Positions 48,074-56,780 of a stretch of DNA of 64,000 bases are shown here, piece by piece. This DNA is from an uncultured Gemmatimonadaceae bacterium (lineage in GTDB: Bacteria; Gemmatimonadota; Gemmatimonadetes; Gemmatimonadales; Gemmatimonadaceae): the NCBI GenBank assembly GCA_963740355.1, contig CAVUDW010000003.1:2144001-2208000 (forward strand), written 5' to 3'. Positions within the stretch are counted from its first letter, which is position 1, and each line of letters starts with the position of its first letter. The notes under the pieces were generated by a model. The model was not told the origin of the DNA and ran no database searches. It worked only from the letters and a program-made list of their open reading frames with translations. The position numbers and the translations under genes are program-made.

Positions 48074-49825
48074 ATGTCGAACCGCTCGGCCGTAGCGACC
48101 GTCGCGCGCGCACTCTGCGCCGCCTCCCTCGTCGTCCTTGCGTCCTGCTTGCAGCAGGCACCGGATGTCACATCGTATGATCTCGTGATCACCAACGGCC
48201 GCATCGTCGACGGTACCGGCAACCCGTTCTACTACGGCGATATTGGTGTGCGTGGCGACCGCATCGCGACCATCGCGCCGCGCGGTGGACTGGCGAATGC
48301 GGCGTCACGACGGAAAGTCGATGCCGGGGGCCTGGTGGTCTCGCCTGGCTTCATCGACATCCAGTCACACTCGTGGAATGCACTCCTGTTCGCCGATGGA
48401 CGGGTGATCGGCAAGGTATCGCAAGGCGTCACCACCGAGATCCTTGGCGAGGCCACCACGCCGGCGCCGTCGAACAGCAACGTTGACTCGCTGTTCGCAG
48501 GGGGTGATCCCGACGACGCGTTGATGCTGGCGCGGGTGAAGACGTTCCGCGGCGATCACGGGTTCGGGCAATGGCTCGCCGCCATGGAGGCGCACGGCAT
48601 TTCCGTCAACGCTGGCAGCTACCTCGGTGCGACGACGGTGCGCGGATATGCGATGGGGCGCGCGGAAGGCGCGGCCTCACCCGCGCAGCTCGACACGATG
48701 CGCACCGTGGTTCGCCACGCAATGCAGGACGGTGCGTTTGGCATTTCCAGTGCGCTGATCTATCCGCCGGGCAGCTACGCCAGCACCGAGGAGTTGATCG
48801 AGATGGCGAAGGCGATGGCGCCGTTGCATGGCACCTACATCACGCACATGCGAGGTGAGGAAGGCGGCCTGCTGGGTGCGATGGACGAAGCGATCAGGAT
48901 CGGCAAGGACGGCGGCGTTCCAGTGGTGATCTATCACTTCAAGGCGGCGGGGCAACGCAACTGGCCGCTGGCGGCGCCGGCGATCGCCAAGGTCGATTCC
49001 GCGCGTCTCGCCGGTCAGGACGTCAAGGCGACCATGTATTCGTACCCGGCGTCGGGCAACAATCTCTCGTCCTGCATCCCGGGTTGGGTGCACGCCGATG
49101 GGAAGTTGATCGCGCGCCTGCAGGATCCGTCACTCAAGGCGCGCATTCGCAGCGAGATGACCGATCTCGCGCCCGGCGCTCCCAGCCTCTGCCAGGACAA
49201 CCCACCCAACGCGTACCAGATCGCCGGATTCAAGACGCCCGACTGGAAGCAGTTCGAGGGCAAGCGGCTGAACGAGATTGCGACAGCATTGAAGATGGAC
49301 TGGGTCGATGCGATCATCGCGCTCACCATCGGCGAGAAGAACACACTCGGCAAGGTGACATTCGGCATGTCGGAGCCGAACGTGGCGGCGATGATCGCAC
49401 GTCCCTGGGTGGTGATCGGCAGCGACGCCGGTGGAGTCGATCCAGATACCACCACCGCACTCGTGCATCCGCGTTCGTATGGCACCTTCGCGCGCGTGCT
49501 GGGCAAGTACGCCCGCGATGAGCATGTGCTCACGCTCGAGGAGGCGGTGCGCAAGATGACCTGGTCGACCGCACAGATTCTTGGCCTGCGCGACCGCGGC
49601 CTGCTCAAGGAAGGCAGCTTCGCCGACATCGTGATCTTCGATCCCGCCACCGTGATCGACAAGGCGACGTTCGAGAAGCCGCATCAACTGTCCGTCGGTG
49701 TGCGCGATGTGTTCGTGAACGGTATCGGTGTCTGGCGTGACAACAAGCACACCGGTGCCACGCCTGGCCGCGCCGTCTATGGCCCGGGCTGGGATCGCCA
49801 GCGCCGCACTGTCGCACCGAAATAG
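48074..49825 (+). CDS. N-acyl-D-amino-acid deacylase family amidohydrolase, probable lipoprotein
   Basis: LASC; NGRIVDGTG; PGFIDIQSH; SQGVTT; YITHMR; IGSDA; HPRSYGTF; ADIVIFDP. Confidence 0.9.
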   Translation: MSNRSAVATVARALCAASLVVLASCLQQAPDVTSYDLVITNGRIVDGTGNPFYYGDIGVRGDRIATIAPRGGLANAASRRKVDAGGLVVSPGFIDIQSHSWNALLFADGRVIGKVSQGVTTEILGEATTPAPSNSNVDSLFAGGDPDDALMLARVKTFRGDHGFGQWLAAMEAHGISVNAGSYLGATTVRGYAMGRAEGAASPAQLDTMRTVVRHAMQDGAFGISSALIYPPGSYASTEELIEMAKAMAPLHGTYITHMRGEEGGLLGAMDEAIRIGKDGGVPVVIYHFKAAGQRNWPLAAPAIAKVDSARLAGQDVKATMYSYPASGNNLSSCIPGWVHADGKLIARLQDPSLKARIRSEMTDLAPGAPSLCQDNPPNAYQIAGFKTPDWKQFEGKRLNEIATALKMDWVDAIIALTIGEKNTLGKVTFGMSEPNVAAMIARPWVVIGSDAGGVDPDTTTALVHPRSYGTFARVLGKYARDEHVLTLEEAVRKMTWSTAQILGLRDRGLLKEGSFADIVIFDPATVIDKATFEKPHQLSVGVRDVFVNGIGVWRDNKHTGATPGRAVYGPGWDRQRRTVAPK

Positions 49826-49975
49826 TTGGCGTCGGGCGGATGATGAGTCCGTGTTACCACATCGAGAGCTACCGGCCACAAGCGTCGCGCTAACGCAGAG
49901 CACGAGCCTCTGTTCAGGGGAGATTCGGCGTGCAATACTGTCGCACGCTGTTTCACATTCTTCCCGGAGCGTCTC

Positions 49976-51091
49976 ATGTCATTGAAGCGCATTCCACTGC
50001 TGGCCCTGCTGGCGGTTGCCGCATGTTCTCGCGAGTCGACCACCGCGCCGGTCGACTCGTCTTTGAATGCGACGATCACTGCCCCCGTGGCGACCTTGAC
50101 GGTCGTGATGAGCGGCCTGGACAGCCCCCGAGGTCTGGCATGGGGTCCACACGGCGCACTCTTCGTTGCCGAGGCGGGATCGAACGTTGCCACCACGAAC
50201 TGTGTCACGCTGGCCCGCGGAGCAAACTGCTACAGCGGTAGCGGCGCCATCACGCGGCTGTGGCGCGGGCGGCAGGAACGAGTTGCGTCCGGGCTCCCGT
50301 CCGCCTTCAACGCGGCGACGCAGGATATTGGCGGCCCGCAGGACATTGCCATCTCCGGCCTCGGCATCGCGCATGTGACCATCGGCTGGGGAGGCGCACC
50401 GACGGCACGCGCCGGACTCGGTGCCCAGGCGCGAGGGTTTGGCTCACTGATCGCGGTGCTACCCAATGGTCGGTGGGTTACCGAGACCGATGTCGCTGCC
50501 TTCGAAGACGCGAACAATCCTGCCGGCGGCCCGACCGATTCAAACCCGTACGGGTTGCTTATGGAGCCGGGGCAGAAGTTCGTCACCGATGCCGGTGGCA
50601 ACTCGCTGCTGCGCATCCGGCCCGGCGGCCGCACGTCACTGGTGAGCACCTTTCCGTCGATCGCCGTGCCTGCTGGGCCGTTCAATCCGCCCTTCGCGCA
50701 ATCGGAAGCGGTGCCAACCTCCGTGTCGCGGGGACCTGACGGCAATTTGTACGTTGGCGGCCTGACCGGCGTCCCATTCCTGCCAGGTGCAGCGGTGATC
50801 TACCGTGTGGCCGAGGGCCGTGCGCCAGAAGTCGTGCTCAGTGGCTTCACCACGATTCTCGACTTCGCCTTTGCACGAAACGGCACGCTCTACGTGCTGC
50901 AGTATTCCAGTGCGCCGTTTCTCAATGGGCCCGGGTCGATCGTCAAGATCACACCGGATGGTGTGCGGACGACCATCACCACTGCGCTCACACATCCCAC
51001 CAGCCTGATACTCGGCGAACGCGGCACACTCTACGTCACGAACAACGGTGACAAGGCCGCGATCGGCGAAGTGTTGCGCGTCGATCAGTAG
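49976..51091 (+). CDS. ScyD/ScyE-family beta-propeller lipoprotein
   Basis: VAAC lipobox; GLDSPRGL, VAEAG, DSNPYG, VTDAGGNSLL, EAVPTSV..GPDG.LYVG.LTGVPF. Confidence 0.82.
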   Translation: MSLKRIPLLALLAVAACSRESTTAPVDSSLNATITAPVATLTVVMSGLDSPRGLAWGPHGALFVAEAGSNVATTNCVTLARGANCYSGSGAITRLWRGRQERVASGLPSAFNAATQDIGGPQDIAISGLGIAHVTIGWGGAPTARAGLGAQARGFGSLIAVLPNGRWVTETDVAAFEDANNPAGGPTDSNPYGLLMEPGQKFVTDAGGNSLLRIRPGGRTSLVSTFPSIAVPAGPFNPPFAQSEAVPTSVSRGPDGNLYVGGLTGVPFLPGAAVIYRVAEGRAPEVVLSGFTTILDFAFARNGTLYVLQYSSAPFLNGPGSIVKITPDGVRTTITTALTHPTSLILGERGTLYVTNNGDKAAIGEVLRVDQ

Positions 51092-51115
51092 TCAGTTCTG
51101 CTGAACAACATCGCG

Positions 51116-51154
51116 CGCGCGCGTCGGGATGCTGCCATGCTCCCGACACGCGCG
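51116..51154. terminator. Hairpin between convergent genes
   Basis: CGCGCGCGTCGGGA-N11-TCCCGACACGCGCG; second small hairpin at 51157-51180; no clear U tract. Confidence 0.45.
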
Positions 51155-51188
51155 ACCACGCAGCGCGAGGCCTCTGCGTGCAGTGTCT

Positions 51189-52430
51189 TCACGGCATCCG
51201 GCCATACTTTCGCATCGCCGCAAGCATCCGATCCACCGGCATGGCGTAGACACGCAGGTCGTTCGCACCGGTGGTGGTTTCGGCGGCGAGCAGTGCATTC
51301 GTGATCGCTGCCTCGGTGGCCTGTGCGGTGGCCTTGAAGAGCGGTGAGATCCGGTCGTTCGACAACATGCGCAGCGACGACACACTATCTGCGGACCAGC
51401 TCTTCGCATTGGCCGTGCTGAAGGCAACGAAGATGTCGCCCGAACTATTCCCGCCGAATCCCCCTTGCCGGCCGATGCCGAGCGAGACGCGCGTGACGAG
51501 GCGCTTCAGCTGATGCGGGAGCAGTGGAGCATCCGTGGCGACGACGACGATGATCGATCCTTGCTCGGCGGCTTCGGCATCATCACGGCCGGCGGGCGTC
51601 GAGCATTTCCGGCGAGCGCGTGAATCGGCCGGAATCGGCGCGTCGTTCGCGATGCAGGCCGTCAGGTCGCTGATTTCCTCGCCCACCGGAACGCCCGCGA
51701 TGCGCAGATCCCGCCGTGACCCGAAGTTGCACTGCACCAGCACACCGACGGTGTAGCCTCCCTCCTCAGCCGTCAGGACACGCGATGCGGTGCCGATGCC
51801 GCCCTTGAAGCCGAGGCAGACCATACCGGTACCACCGCCCACCACCCCTTCCTTCACCGCACCACCTCGTGCGCTGTCGAGTGCGGCGATGGCGTGTTCT
51901 GTCTTGACGTGGAAGCCGTTGATGTCATTCAAGCCACCGTCGTAGGTCTCGGCCACCACCGGCAACCACCACGGCTGGAGCACGTTCTTGCGCGATACTT
52001 CCCAGCGGATGATCGCATCACGCACGATGCCGACGCTGTGGGTGTTCGTGATGCCGATTGGCCCCTCGAGGTAGCCACTCTCCTGCACCCAGGTGGTGCC
52101 GGTCATCTCGCCGTTGCCATTGAGCGTGAACCAGGCCCCGAACACAGGATCTGCGTTGTCCTTGCCGCGCGGATGCACGATGGTCACGCCGGTGCGCACT
52201 GGCCCCTTGCCGACCACCAGCGGCCCCGATCCGGAGATGATCGTCGTCTGCCCAACCTCGACGCCCGCGACATCGGTGATCGCATCGAAGCGGCCCGGCG
52301 TGCCACCGATCGGCAGTTTCAGGTCGTTCTCGCGTGGCCGCGGCTGTGACATCGCCGGCGGCGCACCAAGGCTCGCGAGCGTGACAGCCAGCAGGACTCG
52401 ACATGCGATCCAGCGATGATCGACCGACAT
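51189..52430 (-). CDS. dmpA: P1/S58 DmpA-family aminopeptidase, secreted
   Basis: AITDVAGVEVG, NGNGEMTG, TNTHSVG, PVVAETYDG, FKGGIGTASR, G|SIIVVVATDAP autocleavage site, SGDIF. Confidence 0.9.
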   Translation of the reverse strand: MSVDHRWIACRVLLAVTLASLGAPPAMSQPRPRENDLKLPIGGTPGRFDAITDVAGVEVGQTTIISGSGPLVVGKGPVRTGVTIVHPRGKDNADPVFGAWFTLNGNGEMTGTTWVQESGYLEGPIGITNTHSVGIVRDAIIRWEVSRKNVLQPWWLPVVAETYDGGLNDINGFHVKTEHAIAALDSARGGAVKEGVVGGGTGMVCLGFKGGIGTASRVLTAEEGGYTVGVLVQCNFGSRRDLRIAGVPVGEEISDLTACIANDAPIPADSRARRKCSTPAGRDDAEAAEQGSIIVVVATDAPLLPHQLKRLVTRVSLGIGRQGGFGGNSSGDIFVAFSTANAKSWSADSVSSLRMLSNDRISPLFKATAQATEAAITNALLAAETTTGANDLRVYAMPVDRMLAAMRKYGRMP

Positions 52431-52605
52431 GACCGTGGGGGGGCGGAGAGGGGCGTGATGGAACGGGAGTGGTGGGAAGCTGCCACCCAGTTCACGCGCT
52501 CGCCACCGTCGGCGGAACGATGCGACAGAGTCACACCGTTAGAATGTCGCTGGTACGCCGTGCACGACCCGTCACGGCAGAATCGCGCTCACCCCGGTCG
52601 TCGCC

Positions 52606-53403
52606 ATGACATCAACACGTCGAGAATTTCTCAGGAACGCCGCACTCGCCTCTGCCGCGACGGCACTCAGTGGCACGGCGCTCGCCGCCGAGGCTGCGCC
52701 GGCCCGCGACTATCTCGAGCTGCGCGCGTACCGGCTCAAGCCCGGTGCACCACACACCCTGCTCGACGGGTACCTCGAAAAGGCGCTGATCCCCGCACTC
52801 AACAAGCGGCGCATTCGTGCGGTGGGCGTCTTCACGGAACCGGATGCCCCGGACGGCCCTGCCGTCTGGGTGCTGATCCCGCACGCGTCCTTGGAGTCGA
52901 TGCATGCGGTCACCGCCTCGATCAACACCGACGCGGCGGTGCTTGCCGCCGGGGCGGACTACCTGCGCGGCCCGAACAAGAACAATCCCGCATTCGATCG
53001 CATCGATAGCTGGCTGCACCTCTCGTTCGCTGGCCTCCCGCGACTGGAAGTCCCTGCCCTCGCGAGCAGCCACTCGTCGCGTGTCTTCGAGCTTCGCATC
53101 TACGAAAGCTTCTCGGAACTGACGGCGCTGAAAAAGGTCGACATGTTCAATGCCGGCGAGATCGACGTGATGAAGGACGTCGGACTGTCGCCGGTGTTCT
53201 ACGGCCAGGCGCTGGTTGGTCGCGACATGCCGCACCTGTCGTACATGCTCTGCAGCGCCGATCGGGAGACGCACAAGGTGAACTGGCAGAAGTTCATCGA
53301 TCACCCCACCTGGAAACGCCTCGTCGCCGACCCCCAGTACGCCGACACCGTCTCCAAGATCACCAGCCGCTTCCTCGTGCCGACGTCCTACTCGCAGATC
53401 TAG
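52606..53403 (+). CDS. Tat-exported tandem NIPSNAP family protein
   Basis: TRREFL; YLELRAY and VFELRIYES repeats; C-terminal PTSYSQI. Confidence 0.85.
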   Translation: MTSTRREFLRNAALASAATALSGTALAAEAAPARDYLELRAYRLKPGAPHTLLDGYLEKALIPALNKRRIRAVGVFTEPDAPDGPAVWVLIPHASLESMHAVTASINTDAAVLAAGADYLRGPNKNNPAFDRIDSWLHLSFAGLPRLEVPALASSHSSRVFELRIYESFSELTALKKVDMFNAGEIDVMKDVGLSPVFYGQALVGRDMPHLSYMLCSADRETHKVNWQKFIDHPTWKRLVADPQYADTVSKITSRFLVPTSYSQI

Positions 53404-53479
53404 TCATTGAAATCTGCGCACTGCTGCCTTGGCGACACTGCAAAACGCAGAGTCGCTGAGGCGCAGAGGACTGCCGAGC

Positions 53480-53810
53480 CTCCGCGCTGCCGTATTTCCG
53501 TTGCGGTCGCCTGACGGACTACACTCCCTCACGCGGAGCCGCGGTGGACGCGGAGCCGCGGGGAACTGCAAATGCAAAAGCGAGGGGGTACTGCGGTGCG
53601 CGAGGTGCGTGTTGCGCGCGCTCCGCCTTCAGTCGATAGCACTTCGGATACTTGCGTTGTTCGCTGTCGTCCTCGTGCCGATCTAGCGCAGTTCCCCGCT
53701 GTTTCCTCATGCTGTTCCCTGCTGTCCTCCGCGACTCCGCGCTCCCCGCGGCTCCGCGTGTGGAAGTGTTGACCAGCAGGCGACGGAAGCGGAGCGACAG
53801 CGGCGCGGAG
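53480..53810. repeat. Long-inverted-repeat element copy 2 (MITE/REPIN-like)
   Basis: Arms 53480-53569 and 53721-53810 are inverted; both share ACACT(C/T)CC(T/A)CACGCGGAGCCGCGG with copy 1; the spacer differs. Confidence 0.85.
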
Positions 53811-53860
53811 CAGGGTGTCGTGCAGCAGGCGACGGAAGCGGAGCGCAAGCGGCGCGGAGC
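53774..53860. repeat. Direct duplication of the ~37-bp outer arm unit
   Basis: CAGCAGGCGACGGAAGCGGAGCG(AC/CA)AGCGGCGCGGAGC at 53774 and 53823. Confidence 0.85.
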
Positions 53861-53931
53861 CCCGACGGCTTCTGCCTCGACCGTGAAAATGCGTCGCGGA
53901 ACGGTTGACTTGTCGCCACGCGCGCCGCCAC

Positions 53932-53958
53932 CGATGATTCGAGCGGCGTCCGACAGTC
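53932..53958 (+). promoter_or_regulatory. Putative SigG/ECF56-type autoregulatory promoter
   Basis: CGATGA ttcgagcggcgtccgaca GTC (18-nt spacer), ~40 nt before the sigma ATG. Confidence 0.7.
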
Positions 53959-54000
53959 CAATCGGCGCCGTCTCGACGCGACCAACTGACATATCTGACC

Positions 54001-54972
54001 ATGACATCACCTGCGCTGCTCGAAGCACATCGGACGGCCCTCACTGGCCACTGCTATCGGATGCTCGGCTCGGTGATGGATGCCGATGACGCCGTGCAGG
54101 AGACGATGCTGCGGGCGTGGCGCGCGCTGGATCGGTTCGATGGACGGTCAGCCGTCGGGACCTGGCTGCATCGCATCGCAACCAACGTCTGTCTCGATAC
54201 CATCGCCGATCGTGCGCCACGAATCCGGCCGATGGAGATGGGGCCCGTCGGCACCACCGACGATACGCTGGTGGAACTGCCACGTACGCACTGGCTCGAG
54301 CCCGTGCCCGATGCGCATGCCATTCCATCCGACATCGATCCCCATGAACAGGCCGTGCTGCGCGAAAGCATACGACTCGCATTCGTCGCCGCCATCCAGC
54401 ATCTCCCACCGCGACAGCGCGCCGCACTGCTGCTGACCCAAGTGCTCAACTGGTCGGCCGTGGAAGTGGCCGAGTGTCTCGACATGACGACGGCCGCCGT
54501 CAACAGTGCGCTACAGCGTGCACGCGCCACACTCGAGTCGAAGAAGATCACGGGACATGTGATGCGCGACTCGCAGTACGCGCCAATCGGGCTGACTGCA
54601 GCGCAACAAACGCTGGTCGACCGCTACGTGACCGCGTTCGAGGCGTACGACGTGCAGGCGCTGACGGCGCTGATGCGCGAGGATGCCACCATGTCGATGC
54701 CGCCCTACTCGCTGTGGCTGCAGGGGCACGACGACATTGCGGCCTGGCTGCTCGGGCGCGGTGCCGGGTGTCGGGGATCGACGCTCATTCGCACTGCGGC
54801 CAACGGACTGCCAGCGTTTGCGCAGTACAAGGCTGACGGTTCACCGTGGGCGCTGATCGTGCTCGAGTTCGACGCTGATGCGATCAGCAATGCCACCTAC
54901 TTCCTCGACACCGCCACCCTCTTCCCGCGATTCGGACTCCCCCTGCAGTTGGCGGACCTGGCACACCGATGA
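54001..54972 (+). CDS. ECF sigma factor with SnoaL-like C-terminus (SigG/ECF56, TIGR02960-like)
   Basis: [71 protein letters not shown]. Confidence 0.92.
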   Translation: MTSPALLEAHRTALTGHCYRMLGSVMDADDAVQETMLRAWRALDRFDGRSAVGTWLHRIATNVCLDTIADRAPRIRPMEMGPVGTTDDTLVELPRTHWLEPVPDAHAIPSDIDPHEQAVLRESIRLAFVAAIQHLPPRQRAALLLTQVLNWSAVEVAECLDMTTAAVNSALQRARATLESKKITGHVMRDSQYAPIGLTAAQQTLVDRYVTAFEAYDVQALTALMREDATMSMPPYSLWLQGHDDIAAWLLGRGAGCRGSTLIRTAANGLPAFAQYKADGSPWALIVLEFDADAISNATYFLDTATLFPRFGLPLQLADLAHR

Positions 54973-54993
54973 TTTTCGGACGGTGACACAGTC
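54967..54993 (+). promoter_or_regulatory. Second SigG-type promoter, with the -35 box overlapping the sigma stop codon
   Basis: CGATGA ttttcggacggtgacaca GTC (18-nt spacer) upstream of the VOC gene. Confidence 0.7.
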
Positions 54994-55077
54994 AAAGGCG
55001 CACAGTTCAACACCCTGAAGCCGAGTCTGTCGTCCGTGCCAGTCGTCTACCCGATCACACTCACGCCGAGTCCCACT

Positions 55078-55485
55078 ATGTCCAGCCCGCGGAAGCTGTT
55101 CGTCAACATCCGAGTTCCCGATCTCGAGAAAGCCAAGGCGTTTTTTGCGGAACTCGACTTCACCTTCAATCCCCAGTTCACGGACGAAAATGCGGCTTGC
55201 ATGATCGTCAGCGACGACGCCTACTTCATGCTTCTCACCGACGGCTTTTTCCGCCGCTTCACCGATCGTGAACCGGCCGACGTCACCAAGGTGAACGAGG
55301 CGTTGTATGCCTTCTCGGTGGACAGCAAGGCCGAAGTCGAGCGCATCACCGCCAGCGCGCACGCCGCTGGCGCGACGGAAGCGATGCCGCCACAAGATCA
55401 TGGCTTCATGTACAGCACCAGCTTCCGCACGCCATGGGGTCATCACTTCGAATGCCTCTGGATGGATCCGGCCACCATCCAGTAG
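55078..55485 (+). CDS. VOC/glyoxalase-bleomycin resistance family protein
   Basis: LFVNIRVPDLEKAKAFF, FNPQFTDENAACM, DHGFMY..SF. Confidence 0.9.
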   Translation: MSSPRKLFVNIRVPDLEKAKAFFAELDFTFNPQFTDENAACMIVSDDAYFMLLTDGFFRRFTDREPADVTKVNEALYAFSVDSKAEVERITASAHAAGATEAMPPQDHGFMYSTSFRTPWGHHFECLWMDPATIQ

Positions 55486-55501
55486 CACCGCAGCGCACCA
55501 G

Positions 55502-56701
55502 CTATTTCCCGCCCTTCAGCTTCCGCAACGTGACCTGCATGTCCTTGTTCGTCGGACGCAAGGCAACGGCGCGTTCGAATGCCGCAATCGCTGGTGCGGT
55601 GTCGCGGCTGGCCAGCAGTGCGGCACCGAGCGTGGACCAGGCACGGACGCTTGACGGATAGAGCGTCGTGTTCATGCGACGAAACGCCATCGCCTTGGCC
55701 GGCTCCGGCAGCGAAAACGCACCGAGTTGGTCCACGATCGACTCCGGCGGGAGCACGGCGTAGCCCAGCTGTTTCGACACGTCCGCATAGTGTTCCGTGA
55801 CGTAGGCCGGTCGGTCGAGCGCTTGCGCCAGGTCCAGCTTGAAGCCATCAAAAATGAATCGCAGCGCGTCGTACTCGGCGATCATCGGCACGGAGCCATG
55901 GTCGTCGTTGGCGTAGTAGTGGTAGCCGTACCGCACACCGGAACGGTTGTATGCCTCGAGAATGCGGTTGAACTGCACGATCGACGCGTAATGCTCGTTG
56001 GGCAGCGAGTCATCGGCCCGCAACGTGTTCGCTTGCGCCACGTACAGCGTGCGACCAGCGGGCCGCGGCGAAGAGAAATAGTCCTTCGTCTGCTTCAGCA
56101 GCACGCGGTGATCCCACCAGAGACTCGGGTCGATCGCCACGTACGCATTGAACGTTTCCGGCATCGTGAACAGCGCATCGATGGTCGTGATGCCACCCAG
56201 CGAGTGCCCGACGAACACGCGATAAGGAGCCGTTCGGAGCGTCGAATCGACGTGCGGGATCAATTCCTTCTGGACGAACTGCAGAAACGCCGGCATCCCA
56301 CCCATCGACGATGCGCCGGCCAACGGCTTGCCTGCGGGATCGGTCGTCGCCCGGGTCGGAGTCAGGTCGCGCATCCGGTTCGTGTTCGGAATCGCGACCA
56401 CGATCATCTCCGGTACAGCCCACGTGCCGTTCACACCGGTGGCCAGGATCTGGATCAGCCCTGACACCGAGTGGAAGTGAGCATCGCCGTCCAGCAGGTA
56501 CAGGACTGGATACGTGCGCGGCGTGTAGGTCGTATCGCTGTACGACGGCGGCGTGTACACCAGGTACGGCCGCTTCTCCTTCAGGGTGGTCGAGTACAGT
56601 GTATCGATGCGACCGATCGTGATCGGCTTGGCAGTTGCTGCTTGCCCGCGCAGCAGCACGGGCAACAGCAGCATCAGGGCAGTGCGAAGCGCGGCTCGCA
56701 T
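55502..56701 (-). CDS. Secreted putative esterase (IroE/BesA-like) with C-terminal TPR
   Basis: YPVLYLLDGD, RMRDLTP, GHSLGG, DPSLWW, DHGSVP. Confidence 0.88.
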   Translation of the reverse strand: MRAALRTALMLLLPVLLRGQAATAKPITIGRIDTLYSTTLKEKRPYLVYTPPSYSDTTYTPRTYPVLYLLDGDAHFHSVSGLIQILATGVNGTWAVPEMIVVAIPNTNRMRDLTPTRATTDPAGKPLAGASSMGGMPAFLQFVQKELIPHVDSTLRTAPYRVFVGHSLGGITTIDALFTMPETFNAYVAIDPSLWWDHRVLLKQTKDYFSSPRPAGRTLYVAQANTLRADDSLPNEHYASIVQFNRILEAYNRSGVRYGYHYYANDDHGSVPMIAEYDALRFIFDGFKLDLAQALDRPAYVTEHYADVSKQLGYAVLPPESIVDQLGAFSLPEPAKAMAFRRMNTTLYPSSVRAWSTLGAALLASRDTAPAIAAFERAVALRPTNKDMQVTLRKLKGGK

Positions 56702-56780
56702 CGTCAGCGGTGTCGAGAGGTGAATGGAAGTGACGGGGCGCGACGCACGTCGGGGCGGCACCACGTCCCGTCAATTGGGC

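Noticed and set aside
49976..51091. Scytonemin biosynthesis
   Set aside because: Stand-alone ScyD/E-like propeller; no scyABC or other pathway genes.
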